Below are positions 9,972 to 19,455 of a DNA stretch of 32,000 bases, one piece after another. Every line of letters begins with the position of its first letter. Position 1 is the first letter of the stretch. The notes under the pieces were generated by a model that was given only the letters and a program-made list of their open reading frames with translations, was not told where the DNA came from and ran no database searches. The DNA comes from an uncultured archaeon (GTDB lineage Archaea > Iainarchaeota > Iainarchaeia > Iainarchaeales > Iainarchaeaceae): NCBI GenBank assembly GCA_964577555.1, contig CAZNZM010000004.1, positions 1 to 32,000 on the forward strand, in the 5' to 3' direction. Made by a program: the position numbers and the translations under genes.

Positions 9972-10778
9972 ATGAAAAAACCTTCAAAAAAAATAATGAT
10001 AAAAAAAATAATGAATTTTGCAACACTAATTATGATTATAATAACCACAAACACCATTCTTGCCGTAAAATCCGAAAACCTTGAAATAAACATAGAATTG
10101 GAAAAAACAGGGGGCGCAAAAATAACAGAAAATTACAAACTGAGTTTTATAAGCGAAATTGACTCGGATAACTTCAAAAAAAGCGCAATAAAAAACGGTT
10201 CAAGCTTTTTGGCGTGGCAAGCAGAATACGAATTCATAAAAAAACACATAAACGCGGAAAACCTAACAAGCAACACTACAATAGCTTATGAAGAAAACAC
10301 AAATATTTTAACCCTAAGCTATGTTGAAAAAAACCTTGCAGAACTCACAAAACAAGAACAAAGAGCAGATTACTTTAAAATAGATGAAAAAAAACTATCA
10401 GCATTCAACGAAAGAGGCAGCATCACGATACCTGAAAACACAAAAATAACAATAACACTGCCGCCAAACTCTGAAGTCATTACAACAAACTTATCGCCGA
10501 AAGTAAAAGTGTTCGGCAACCAAATAATACTGCAAGGAATTACAAGCAACTCAATGACAATAAACTACATCCTGAACAAACCAATAATCGGTGAAGGAAA
10601 CGACATTATAAAAGGCGTGCCAAACGCTTACATAATAATCGCAATAGCAACAATAATAATAATATTAATACATCTCAACAGGGACGAATTTGAAAAAAAA
10701 ATAGAAGAGTTCATAGTAGAACACTCAGAAATAAAAGCAAAAAGAACGTCTGAAGAAATAGACTTTGATTTGGATTAA
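9972..10778 (+). CDS. Hypothetical exported protein with C-terminal TM anchor
   Basis: 268 aa; N-terminal hydrophobic segment, beta-rich middle, C-terminal AYIIIAIATIIIILIHL. Confidence 0.75.
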   Translation: MKKPSKKIMIKKIMNFATLIMIIITTNTILAVKSENLEINIELEKTGGAKITENYKLSFISEIDSDNFKKSAIKNGSSFLAWQAEYEFIKKHINAENLTSNTTIAYEENTNILTLSYVEKNLAELTKQEQRADYFKIDEKKLSAFNERGSITIPENTKITITLPPNSEVITTNLSPKVKVFGNQIILQGITSNSMTINYILNKPIIGEGNDIIKGVPNAYIIIAIATIIIILIHLNRDEFEKKIEEFIVEHSEIKAKRTSEEIDFDLD

Positions 10779-10785
10779 AAAAAAA

Positions 10786-11196
10786 CTATTTTTTTTTGAC
10801 GGAAAAAGTCCTCGATCTTTTTATTTCACCTTGTGCAACAGAAACAAAACGAGCCTTGAATTTTTTCAAAACATTCTGAACACTATAATCATCAGTCACA
10901 ACAACAAAATCCTCACCTCTGCTTTTGAATTCCGCCGCAAGAGCAACAATTGAAATATCGGACTCGCTAAGCTTGGTCCCAGATCTTTCACATTCTGAAA
11001 TAGTTTTTTGAATTGAAAGCGGACAAGGGTCTTGAACCACAAGCAAACCCGAAGAAACTGCGTTTCCTGCAAGGCTCTTGCTCCTAAAATCCTTCCACTC
11101 GCTAAAAACCTTTGAAGTAGTATAATAACTATTTTCCCTGCTAAAAACAAAAGACTCTGAATTAAGCAAAGCAGAAGCATCAAGAATATAAATCAT
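10786..11196 (-). CDS. nob1: NOB1-like PIN-domain endoribonuclease, no zinc ribbon
   Basis: True start MIYILDASALLN at 11196 inside ORF 10786..11478; YYTTSKVFSEWKD, GTKLSESDISIVALAAEFKSRGEDFVVVTDDYSVQNVLK match NOB1 PIN motifs. Confidence 0.85.
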   Translation of the reverse strand: MIYILDASALLNSESFVFSRENSYYTTSKVFSEWKDFRSKSLAGNAVSSGLLVVQDPCPLSIQKTISECERSGTKLSESDISIVALAAEFKSRGEDFVVVTDDYSVQNVLKKFKARFVSVAQGEIKRSRTFSVKKK

Positions 11197-11253
11197 AAAC
11201 GATACCAAGCATTGAAGTATTTTAATAGTATTGATACACAAAATAAATTCAAT

Positions 11254-12723
11254 ATGGAAGACAGTGGTCTTAAAGACATAGTAGTACAACTTAGCGAAAT
11301 AGAAAGAAAAACACTGGCAACATTGAACAACAAAGGCAAAAGCGAAAAAGAAATAGCAAAAGAAGCAAACATAAACACTGATTCTGCACGCAGGGCAATA
11401 AATTGGCTGGCTCAAAAAAAATTGGCGCAAATAAACGAAAAAAAAATCAAAAAAACAATAATTACAAAAGAAGGACAAAAAGCCCTAGAAGAAGGATTGC
11501 CAGAAACAAAAATGCTCAAAACCCTAGAAAACTACAAAGAATTGACTTTCAAAGAACTAATGAAAAAAGCAAACCTTACAGAACAAGAATTCAGCGTGGC
11601 TTTAGGAATAAACAAGAAAAAAGCCTTCATAATAATATGCAAAGAAGGCAACGAAACAAAAATCAAAACAACAGAAGTGGCTAAAGAATTTTCAACAAAA
11701 AAAACGGAAGAAGAAAAATGCTTACAAGAAATAGCGACAACAGAAAAAACGAATGACATGGAAACACTAAAACAACTATGTGCAAGAGGACTTGCAGAAG
11801 AAAAAGAAGAAATTGAAAGACAAGCAACAATAACACAAAAAGGCGAAGAAGCACTCAAAATGAAAGAATTTTATGAAGAAAGAAAATACAACATTCAAGA
11901 CCCTGTCCCGGAATTATTCATAGGAAAAAAACAACCATACATACAATTTCTCAACATTATAAGAAGAAAACTCACAGAATTAGGGTTTAAAGAAATGGAC
12001 TCGCCACTCATAGTCCATGAATTCTACAATTTTGACGTCCTGTTCCAGCCACAAAACCACCCGGCAAGAACATGGACAGACACTTACCAACTAAAAAATC
12101 CAAAAATTGGAAAACTAACAAACAGAAAAGCAGTACAAGCAGTAAAAGCGGCGCATGAAAATGGTGGAGTTTCAGATTCAAAAGGATGGAGATACAATTG
12201 GAGCGAAGAAATAGCCTCAAAAATCATGCCAACAGCACACGGAACAGCACACAGCGCAAGACAATTAACAAAAGGAGTTGAAATGCCGGGAAAATACTTT
12301 GCAATAGCAAGATGCTTCAGACCAGACGTACTGGATGCAACACACTTAATAGAATTCAACCAAACAGAAGGATTCATAGTAGGAGAAGAACTAAACTTCA
12401 GGCACTTGCTTGGAATGTTAGAACAATTCGCAACAGAAATAGCAGGAGCAAAACAAGTAAAATTCATTCCGGACTATTACCCTTTCACAGAACCATCCGT
12501 ACAACTCTCAGCAAAACACCCTTCATTAGGTTGGGTAGAACTCGGCGGAGCAGGAATGTTCAGACCTGAAATATTGACAAACCTAGGAATAAAAGGACAA
12601 GCAATAGCATGGGGCATAGGAATAGACAGGCTAGCAATGTTCAAATTAGGAATAAAAGACATAAGATACCTGTTTTCAGACGACCTAAACTGGCTAAGAA
12701 AAACCCCAATGCTGATAGAATAA
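11254..12723 (+). CDS. pheS: Phenylalanyl-tRNA synthetase alpha subunit
   Basis: Winged-helix N-terminus plus class II core: NHPARTWTDTYQL, HGTAHSARQL, CFRPDVLDATHLIEFNQTEGFIV, GIGIDRLAMFKLGIKDIR; start MEDSGLKDIV likely at 11254. Confidence 0.95.
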   Translation: MEDSGLKDIVVQLSEIERKTLATLNNKGKSEKEIAKEANINTDSARRAINWLAQKKLAQINEKKIKKTIITKEGQKALEEGLPETKMLKTLENYKELTFKELMKKANLTEQEFSVALGINKKKAFIIICKEGNETKIKTTEVAKEFSTKKTEEEKCLQEIATTEKTNDMETLKQLCARGLAEEKEEIERQATITQKGEEALKMKEFYEERKYNIQDPVPELFIGKKQPYIQFLNIIRRKLTELGFKEMDSPLIVHEFYNFDVLFQPQNHPARTWTDTYQLKNPKIGKLTNRKAVQAVKAAHENGGVSDSKGWRYNWSEEIASKIMPTAHGTAHSARQLTKGVEMPGKYFAIARCFRPDVLDATHLIEFNQTEGFIVGEELNFRHLLGMLEQFATEIAGAKQVKFIPDYYPFTEPSVQLSAKHPSLGWVELGGAGMFRPEILTNLGIKGQAIAWGIGIDRLAMFKLGIKDIRYLFSDDLNWLRKTPMLIE

Positions 12724-12736
12724 AAAGGTGAAAGAA

Positions 12737-14380
12737 ATGCCAACAATTGAAATAAGCAAAAAAGACTTTGAAAAACTTTACGGAAAAAAACTCACAACAC
12801 AAGAAATAGAAAATGCTTTAACTTACGTAAAAGGAGAAATTGAAAGTATTGAAGAAGACACAATAAAAATAGACATCAAAGAAACCTTAAGACCTGACTT
12901 GTGGAGCACAGAAGGAATAATCAGAGAAATAAAAGCAAGAACCGGAATGGAAAAAGGAATACCAGAATACAAAACGCAAAAATCACAACTGCAAATACAA
13001 ATAGAAAAAAGCGTAAAAGAAGTAAGGCCATGCACAGTAGCAGCAATAGTAAAAGGAATCAAAATAACAGAAGAACTACTTATACAAATAATACAACTCC
13101 AAGAAAAAATACATATGACATATGGAAGAAAAAGAAAAGAAGCCGCAATAGGAATTTACGATTATGACAAAATAAAAGGAAACATAAAATATTACGGCGC
13201 AAACCCGACAGAAAAAAAATTCATTCCATTAGAATACAAAAACGAAATGAATTTAGAAGAAATACTCGAAACACACCCAAAAGGAAAAGAATATGCTCAC
13301 CTACTCAAGGGACACAAATTATACCCGATTTTTGAAGACGAAAAAGGAAACGTACTTTCAATGCCCCCCATCATAAATTCCAACTACTCTGGAAAGGTGA
13401 CCAAAGAAACAAAAAACCTATTTATAGAAGCAAGCGGGTTCTCAAACGAAACATTAATGCCGGCACTAAACACAATAGCAATGGCATTGGCAGACAGAGG
13501 AGGAAAAATAGAAACAGTAACCATCATAGACCCAGACGGAAAAAAAATAACCACGCCAAACTTTGAAAACAAAAAAATAGAAATAGACATACAAAACATG
13601 AAAAAAATAACAGGCATGCAATTAGAAGAAAAAGAAATAACAGAACTATTGGAAAAAGCAAGATACAAAATCACAAAAAAAACCGACAAAAAAATACAAT
13701 TAGAATATGGAAATTACAGAAACGACATTTTACACGAAGTTGACGTATTCGAAGACATATTAATAGGATACGACTACAACAAAATCAAGCCAGAAATACC
13801 AAAAATGGCAGTAACAGGAAACGAAAAAAAAGAAACAAAAATAATTGACAAAGCAAGAGACGTATGCATAGGAATGGGATTACAAGAAGTACTCACATTC
13901 ATCCTAACCTCAAAAGAAAAACAAGAAAAAATGGTAAAATTAGAAAATGAAGAATTTGTAGAAATAGCAAACCCGGTTTCAGCAAATTGGGCAGTGCTAA
14001 GAAAAAACCTCTACCCGGAACTCCTAGAATTCCTCTCAAAAAACAAATCAAAAGAATACCCGCAAAAAATATTTGAAGTAGGCAAAACAGTTGAACTTGA
14101 CAATACAACAGACACCAAAACAACAGAAAAAAACAAAATATGCATCATGGTATCGGCAAAAGACACAGGATTTACACAAGCAAAATCAATGTTAGAAGCA
14201 ATTGCAAGAGAATTCAACAAAAAAATACAGATAAAAGAAACAAAAAACCCGAGCCTGAAAAAAGGCAAATGCGCAGAAGTCACCGGAGAATTAAAAGGAA
14301 TAATAGGCGAAATTTCAGAACAAGTACTCACAAACTTTAACATAGAAATGCCAACAATCATGATTGAAATAGAAATTTAA
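12737..14380 (+). CDS. pheT: Phenylalanyl-tRNA synthetase beta subunit
   Basis: MPTIEISKKDFEKLYGKKLTTQEIENAL..., DLWSTEGIIREIKA, MPPIINSNYSGKVTKETKNLFIEASG, immediately downstream of pheS. Confidence 0.95.
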   Translation: MPTIEISKKDFEKLYGKKLTTQEIENALTYVKGEIESIEEDTIKIDIKETLRPDLWSTEGIIREIKARTGMEKGIPEYKTQKSQLQIQIEKSVKEVRPCTVAAIVKGIKITEELLIQIIQLQEKIHMTYGRKRKEAAIGIYDYDKIKGNIKYYGANPTEKKFIPLEYKNEMNLEEILETHPKGKEYAHLLKGHKLYPIFEDEKGNVLSMPPIINSNYSGKVTKETKNLFIEASGFSNETLMPALNTIAMALADRGGKIETVTIIDPDGKKITTPNFENKKIEIDIQNMKKITGMQLEEKEITELLEKARYKITKKTDKKIQLEYGNYRNDILHEVDVFEDILIGYDYNKIKPEIPKMAVTGNEKKETKIIDKARDVCIGMGLQEVLTFILTSKEKQEKMVKLENEEFVEIANPVSANWAVLRKNLYPELLEFLSKNKSKEYPQKIFEVGKTVELDNTTDTKTTEKNKICIMVSAKDTGFTQAKSMLEAIAREFNKKIQIKETKNPSLKKGKCAEVTGELKGIIGEISEQVLTNFNIEMPTIMIEIEI

Positions 14381-14609
14381 AAAAAACAAATTCAAAAAAA
14401 AGCTAGAAAAAAAACCCGACTTTCAAAAAAAATAATGAATTTTAAAAATAAAAAAACAAAAAAAATAAATGGCTAAAAAAATAAGAACACAAAAACCAAA
14501 CAAAAAAAAGACAAAAAAAATCGCTTAAAAAAAACCACTCAAAAAAAACAAGCTAAACCGACAATCAAAAGCAAAAAAAATGAAACCAAACAAAAAAATA
14601 ACACAAAAA

Positions 14610-16001
14610 TCAAAACAATTTTGTTTGCTTGGAAACATCATCCGAATTCTTCTGCTTTGAAACAGAACTAGATTCGTTCAAACCATCATCTTCAAACCTG
14701 AAAGAATTTGAAAAAAACCTCGGCTTTGACAATTTCGCTTTAAGTTCTTGCGCATCCGCAAAAATAGATTGCACAACTTTTGTTTCAGGGCTTTTCCCCA
14801 ACAAAAAACCAATCTCGTTCTCGTCAAAATCAAAAACAGCGGAAAGAGAAACTGCATTCTCACGCTTGCTGAAAATGTCTTTAAGAAAAGGCAAATCAGA
14901 TTTCATAACTTCTTTAGAAGAAGAGTGAATTTTTGAACCTATTTTCTTACCCAATTCTCTTTTCAAAGAACGCAAAGGAGAAGACTTTGAAAGAGTTGAA
15001 AGCAAAGAAGGAAATTGATAAGCCACAAAATCAAAATTAGGCCCGGATTTTGAAAGACAAACACCTTCAGCTGCAAGCTCAGTACTATAAGCCAAAAAAC
15101 CCCAATGCTGACGCCTATAAATCCTGCCATTAAAAACATCAGAACGGGAAAGCGTATCAAAAGCATTAGCCACATCAACAGGATTTTTATATTGCCGCGG
15201 AATATTTTCATCAACCCAATTGAAAAGCATGTCAGGGCTTAGATCCGAACGCAACCTAGCTTCCCTTGCATCAGAAAACAATTTACCCCTAAAAATAGAC
15301 TTCATGACTTCAAATACTTTCTGCTGTCTCTCGCGCGACGCAACCAATTTCACAGCATCTATAGAAACTTTTCCTGAAAAAGAAACAGACTGCAAATCCA
15401 AAAGAGCGGAACGCATATCACCACCAGAGTTTTTGGCTAGCTCTTCAACAGCCTCATTGTCAAACGGAACTTTTTCAAGAAAAAGAATTTCACGAAGCCT
15501 TTTAGCAATCGAAACATAATTTATTTTTTTGAACTCCAAAACCTTACACACAAAACGCAATTGAGAAACACTTTTTTCCGAAAAAATGTCATTAGCAGTG
15601 AGCATTATAGGATTAAAAGAATTTTTTATCAAAGAAGCCACTGCACCAACCCCGCCCCTGTCAACAGACGACATGGCATCAATCTCATCAATCAATATAA
15701 GGCGCTTTGAACCTGAAAAAGAAGAATTTTGCGAAGCAGCCCCAACCACCCTTTCAATAACATCCTTGGACCTCAAATCAGAACTATTCAACTCCAAAAT
15801 ACTCCAACCAAATTTTTTCGCAACCAAATAAGCAAGACAAGTTTTGCCAGTCCCAGTATAACCCCAAAGAAGAAGAGGCGGCAACCTCTCTCCAGAATTC
15901 CAAAGTCTAGCCCATTCCAGCACAGAATCCAAAACTTCGCTATTACCAATGAATTCGCGCTCAGTTATTGGAAAATATTTATCAGTCCAAAGCATACTCA
16001 T
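14610..16001 (-). CDS. rfcL: Replication factor C large subunit
   Basis: MSMLWTDKYFPITEREFIGNSEVLDSVLEWARLW, Walker A LLLWGYTGTGKTCLAYLVAKKF, LILIDEIDAMS; start at 16001 within ORF 14610..16040. Confidence 0.94.
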   Translation of the reverse strand: MSMLWTDKYFPITEREFIGNSEVLDSVLEWARLWNSGERLPPLLLWGYTGTGKTCLAYLVAKKFGWSILELNSSDLRSKDVIERVVGAASQNSSFSGSKRLILIDEIDAMSSVDRGGVGAVASLIKNSFNPIMLTANDIFSEKSVSQLRFVCKVLEFKKINYVSIAKRLREILFLEKVPFDNEAVEELAKNSGGDMRSALLDLQSVSFSGKVSIDAVKLVASRERQQKVFEVMKSIFRGKLFSDAREARLRSDLSPDMLFNWVDENIPRQYKNPVDVANAFDTLSRSDVFNGRIYRRQHWGFLAYSTELAAEGVCLSKSGPNFDFVAYQFPSLLSTLSKSSPLRSLKRELGKKIGSKIHSSSKEVMKSDLPFLKDIFSKRENAVSLSAVFDFDENEIGFLLGKSPETKVVQSIFADAQELKAKLSKPRFFSNSFRFEDDGLNESSSVSKQKNSDDVSKQTKLF

Positions 16002-16045
16002 AACAAACCAACAACAAAACAATAAAAATAAATTTGCCAAAAAAA

Positions 16046-17158
16046 TTATAATACGCCCCTAGGAATCCTGCTTACAAACTCCCTAGTATTGCCTTTATGC
16101 CCCAAAGAAATATTTTTTGACGAAATAAAATTTCGCCTTTCCAAACTTGAAAGTATTTCCCTGAGCCTGCGCTCTTTTAACTTGCCATTGAATTTTTTTG
16201 AATAAATTTCATAAATTTTGCCAGAAGTTATTGGCTGATTGTTTGAAATTATTTTCACAATAACAAATTCATCAGAAGACAAATGCTTCAAACCTTTCAC
16301 CAAAGAAGCTGAATCAACCTGCTCAAAAGCTAATTTCAAATGCGAAAGAGAAACCCTTGGCGAATTTTTTGATTCGGCAATACGGCCAGCCCTAAGCAAC
16401 GACTCTATTGCAATCCTGCAATCCCCTCCAAGTTTTGCAGCATGCGCAGCAGCAACCCCAATAACATCAGGCTCCAAAACACCACTGCAAAAAGCAAGCG
16501 AAGCCCTATTTGAAAGAATTGACTTCAATTGGCTTGGAGAATAAGGCTCAAAATTAACAACATGCCCCGCAAGAGAACTCCTTATACGCGAATCCAAGTG
16601 AGAAATAAGAGAAACATCATTAGAAATCAATATAACGCCTATGAAATTGGCACCATACTCAAAAAGACGAACCAAATCATACAACAATTTTTCCCCTTCA
16701 ACAGAAGCAACAAGCTGATCAACTTCATCAAGAACAACTATAGGAGTATAACTTGATTTAGGGAGAAATTCCAAAAGCTTTGAAAAAATCTCGTCAGTAC
16801 CAAAACCCCTGCGAGGCAAGGCAGCACCTACAAAATTTGCAAGAGCAATTAAAACAGAAGACCGAGAATTATACTCAAAACAATTCAAGTAAATGGATTT
16901 CACACGGCTATTAGTTTCCTCAAGCTGCGAAAGAACATACCTTGCACAAACAGTTTTACCCACGCCTGTCGGCCCAACCAAAAAAACATTAATGGGCTTC
17001 CGATTTTCAAGCAAAGGCCTAAAACAATAAGCAATAGACTCCAATTCGCTTTCACGCCCAGGCAATTTATCAGGAATAAAATCAGGATAAAGGCAACTCT
17101 CGTCAAGAAAAATAGTATTCTCTTTCCCGAACCTTGAAAAAAGATTTTTGCCAGACAT
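16046..17158 (-). CDS. cdc6: Orc1/Cdc6 replication initiator
   Basis: 370 aa; NVFLVGPTGVGKTVCARYVLSQLEE, YTPIVVLDEVDQLVA, C-terminal winged helix GKIYEIYSKKFNGKLKERRLREILSSLERRNFI. Confidence 0.95.
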   Translation of the reverse strand: MSGKNLFSRFGKENTIFLDESCLYPDFIPDKLPGRESELESIAYCFRPLLENRKPINVFLVGPTGVGKTVCARYVLSQLEETNSRVKSIYLNCFEYNSRSSVLIALANFVGAALPRRGFGTDEIFSKLLEFLPKSSYTPIVVLDEVDQLVASVEGEKLLYDLVRLFEYGANFIGVILISNDVSLISHLDSRIRSSLAGHVVNFEPYSPSQLKSILSNRASLAFCSGVLEPDVIGVAAAHAAKLGGDCRIAIESLLRAGRIAESKNSPRVSLSHLKLAFEQVDSASLVKGLKHLSSDEFVIVKIISNNQPITSGKIYEIYSKKFNGKLKERRLREILSSLERRNFISSKNISLGHKGNTREFVSRIPRGVL

Positions 17159-17270
17159 AATTAAAAAATACGATCAGCGAATTAAAAACCATTACACTTG
17201 GGCAAAAAAAGCAGAAAAAAACCACAAAAAAATGAAATCATTAAAAATACTTAACACAAGAAGAATTACT

Positions 17271-17606
17271 ATGTCAAGCGGACATGACAGCCACGGACAT
17301 GGCGAAAGCCACTCGGAAACCAAGACAAAAGACAAAAACAACATGTTTGACGAAACAATTGACAAACTCGCAAAAAGAATTGAAAACTACATAACAGGCG
17401 GAATAAGCAAACTAATAGCAGCAATACTTTTTCTAATCACAATAGGCGCGGCATATGGCTACCTAGCAGCAAGCAGAGGAGAACCAATAGCAGAATATTT
17501 TATAATAGCACCAGCAGTAGCAGGACTTATAGCATATTACAACAGATCTTTTGCAGTAATACTATTTATCATTCTAGTAGCAATACTTTTACTAGTACCG
17601 TTATGA
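17271..17606 (+). CDS. Small membrane protein with His-rich N-terminus
   Basis: MSSGHDSHGHGESHSETKTKDK... then two TM segments; ATG at 17271 within ORF 17148..17606. Confidence 0.75.
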   Translation: MSSGHDSHGHGESHSETKTKDKNNMFDETIDKLAKRIENYITGGISKLIAAILFLITIGAAYGYLAASRGEPIAEYFIIAPAVAGLIAYYNRSFAVILFIILVAILLLVPL

Positions 17607-17615
17607 GGCAATAAA

Positions 17616-18164
17616 ATGCCGCAAGAAATCACAATAGCAACACAAGAATTGAAAGCACTTGCTTCAGAATCAAGAACAAAAATACTCAAAAACCTAAACG
17701 AACGAAACCACACACTTTCAGAACTTTCAACAAAACTAAACATGACACCCCCAACAATAAAACAACACATCAAAATACTCATGAACTGTGGCTTAATAGA
17801 ATTAATAGACGAAGGCAGAAAATGGAAATACTATACGCTTACAAAAAAAGGAAAACAAATACTCAAAACAAACGAAACAAATTCAAAAATATTCATACTA
17901 CTTTCAGCAACAATCATATTAGGAATAATGGCAATAGCAATGCTTTTCCTATACAATAACACTACGCCAATGCAAAGCGCGCAAATTCAAAAAGAAAAAT
18001 GGCAAGAAAAAACAAACATACAAACAAACTACAACTTAGAAACAAACAAAATCCAAGAAGAACAAAAAATAGAAACAAAAGACACAAACGCTAACGAAGA
18101 ACAAGAAACCTGCACACTTACAAAAGAAAAAGAATGCACAGACAAAAATGAGACAAAAAAATAA
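17616..18164 (+). CDS. ArsR-like winged-helix regulator with C-terminal TM helix
   Basis: LKALASESRTKILKNLNERNHTLSELSTKLNMTPPTIKQHIKILMNCGLIELIDEGRKWKYYTLTKKGKQIL followed by IFILLSATIILGIMAIAMLFLY and a Cys-containing tail. Confidence 0.88.
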   Translation: MPQEITIATQELKALASESRTKILKNLNERNHTLSELSTKLNMTPPTIKQHIKILMNCGLIELIDEGRKWKYYTLTKKGKQILKTNETNSKIFILLSATIILGIMAIAMLFLYNNTTPMQSAQIQKEKWQEKTNIQTNYNLETNKIQEEQKIETKDTNANEEQETCTLTKEKECTDKNETKK

Positions 18165-18340
18165 CAAAAATTGTTAAAAAAATACTCAACAAAAAAACAA
18201 TTTTTAAAACCAAACACCAAAAAAACCAAAACAAAGAAAATAAATTTGATCGCCTCACAAAAAAACAATTAAAAAAAATAAAATCGCCCAAAAAAATGGC
18301 TAGCAAAACAAAAAAATAATATTCGTCAATCAACGTAATA

Positions 18341-18347
18341 TTTAAAT
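18341..18347 (+). promoter_or_regulatory. Probable TATA box for the pilin pair
   Basis: tttaaat about 25 nt upstream of ATG 18372. Confidence 0.5.
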
Positions 18348-18371
18348 TTGTTTTCTATTAAATAAACAATA

Positions 18372-18563
18372 ATGCAAAACAAAGAAAGAGCCCAAGTATC
18401 TTTAGAAATGATAATAATAATCGCAGCACTAGTGGCAATAGTACTACTGCTTGTAAATCAACTGCAAAAAACAGCAGAACAAGGGGCGAAAGCAATTGAC
18501 AAAAAAGCAACAACAATTTTCAAAGAAATTGAAGACATCAAACAAAGCACAAATAACACTTGA
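18372..18563 (+). CDS. Class III signal peptide-containing pilin/archaellin-like protein
   Basis: MQNKERAQVSLEMIIIIAALVAIVLLLVNQLQ: canonical archaeal class III signal (QxSxE followed by TM). Confidence 0.9.
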   Translation: MQNKERAQVSLEMIIIIAALVAIVLLLVNQLQKTAEQGAKAIDKKATTIFKEIEDIKQSTNNT

Positions 18564-18924
18564 ATTCATGCTAATACTTGCCGCATGCATAGCATTCATA
18601 TCGGTTTTTACAACTATGGCAATTAAAATACAAGAAATGGCAAAAAATTCTATTAATGAAAAAAACATAGAGATGACAACAAAAAAAATTTCTAATGCTG
18701 CAAAAACACTAACAATGCTTGGAGAAGGATCTTCAATAAAATATACAAACATTGGCGAAGCTAAAATTATTCAAAAAGGAAAAAAATGCATCATTGAAAC
18801 AACACACAATAAAACAAAATACTTTGAATTAGAAGAAATCAACTGCCAAAATGAAATAGAAACAAAAAACAAAACAATCATAATCAAAAAAAACCAAGGA
18901 AAAATAACAATCCAGGCAAAATAA
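18496..18924 (+). CDS. Class III signal peptide-containing pilin-like protein
   Basis: NKAQITLEFMLILAACIAFISVFTTMAIKIQ; overlaps the preceding gene by 68 nt if the annotated start is used. Confidence 0.85.
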   Translation: MTKKQQQFSKKLKTSNKAQITLEFMLILAACIAFISVFTTMAIKIQEMAKNSINEKNIEMTTKKISNAAKTLTMLGEGSSIKYTNIGEAKIIQKGKKCIIETTHNKTKYFELEEINCQNEIETKNKTIIIKKNQGKITIQAK

Positions 18925-19455
18925 AAAAAAACAAAAAAACAAACAACAAAAAAACAAAAAAAACACTCGAATTGCAAAAAAAACAACCCACCAAACAAAA
19001 AACAAAAAATAAAAAAAATCAACTCACAAAAAAAAACAAAATCCAAAATTAAAAAAAACAAAAAAACAATGACAAAAAAAATGGCTCACAAAAAAAACAA
19101 ACCAAATTAAAAAAAAAAAAACAAAAAATGACAAAAAAATCAACCAACAAAAAAAAAGAATCAAAAAAAAAGCAAAAAAAACTAGCCAAAAAAACAATTA
19201 AAAAAAATAAATTGACTTGAAAAACAAACAATAAAAAAAATAAAAAAAAACAGCCAAGAAAAAAAATAATTCAAAAAAAACAGCTCGCCAAAAAAAACAA
19301 TTAAAAAAATATAGAAAAAATCGGCTCACAAAAACAAACAACTTGACAAAAAAATACCAAAAAAAAGAAAAATGACAAAAAAACGGCTCACCAAAAAAAA
19401 CAAACAAAAAAAACAACCTACCAAACAAAAAACAAAAAAAAACAAAAAAATGAAT
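18925..19455. repeat. A-rich mosaic repeat region between convergent genes
   Basis: Contains blocks shared with 2751-2827 (at 19121-19197) and 8229-8372 (at 19171-19327), plus tggctcac/cggctcac modules. Confidence 0.85.

Noticed and set aside
17159-17270. Replication origin adjacent to cdc6
   Set aside because: No inverted ORB-like motifs or strong AT-rich unwinding element beyond background, and no skew inversion; kept only as a question in the findings.
19049-19428. Phe-rich minus ORFs 19049..19231 and 19198..19428
   Set aside because: Low-complexity reading of poly-A arrays; useful only because shared peptides (LLVDFFVIFCFF with ORF 2547..2780) confirm the DNA repeat.
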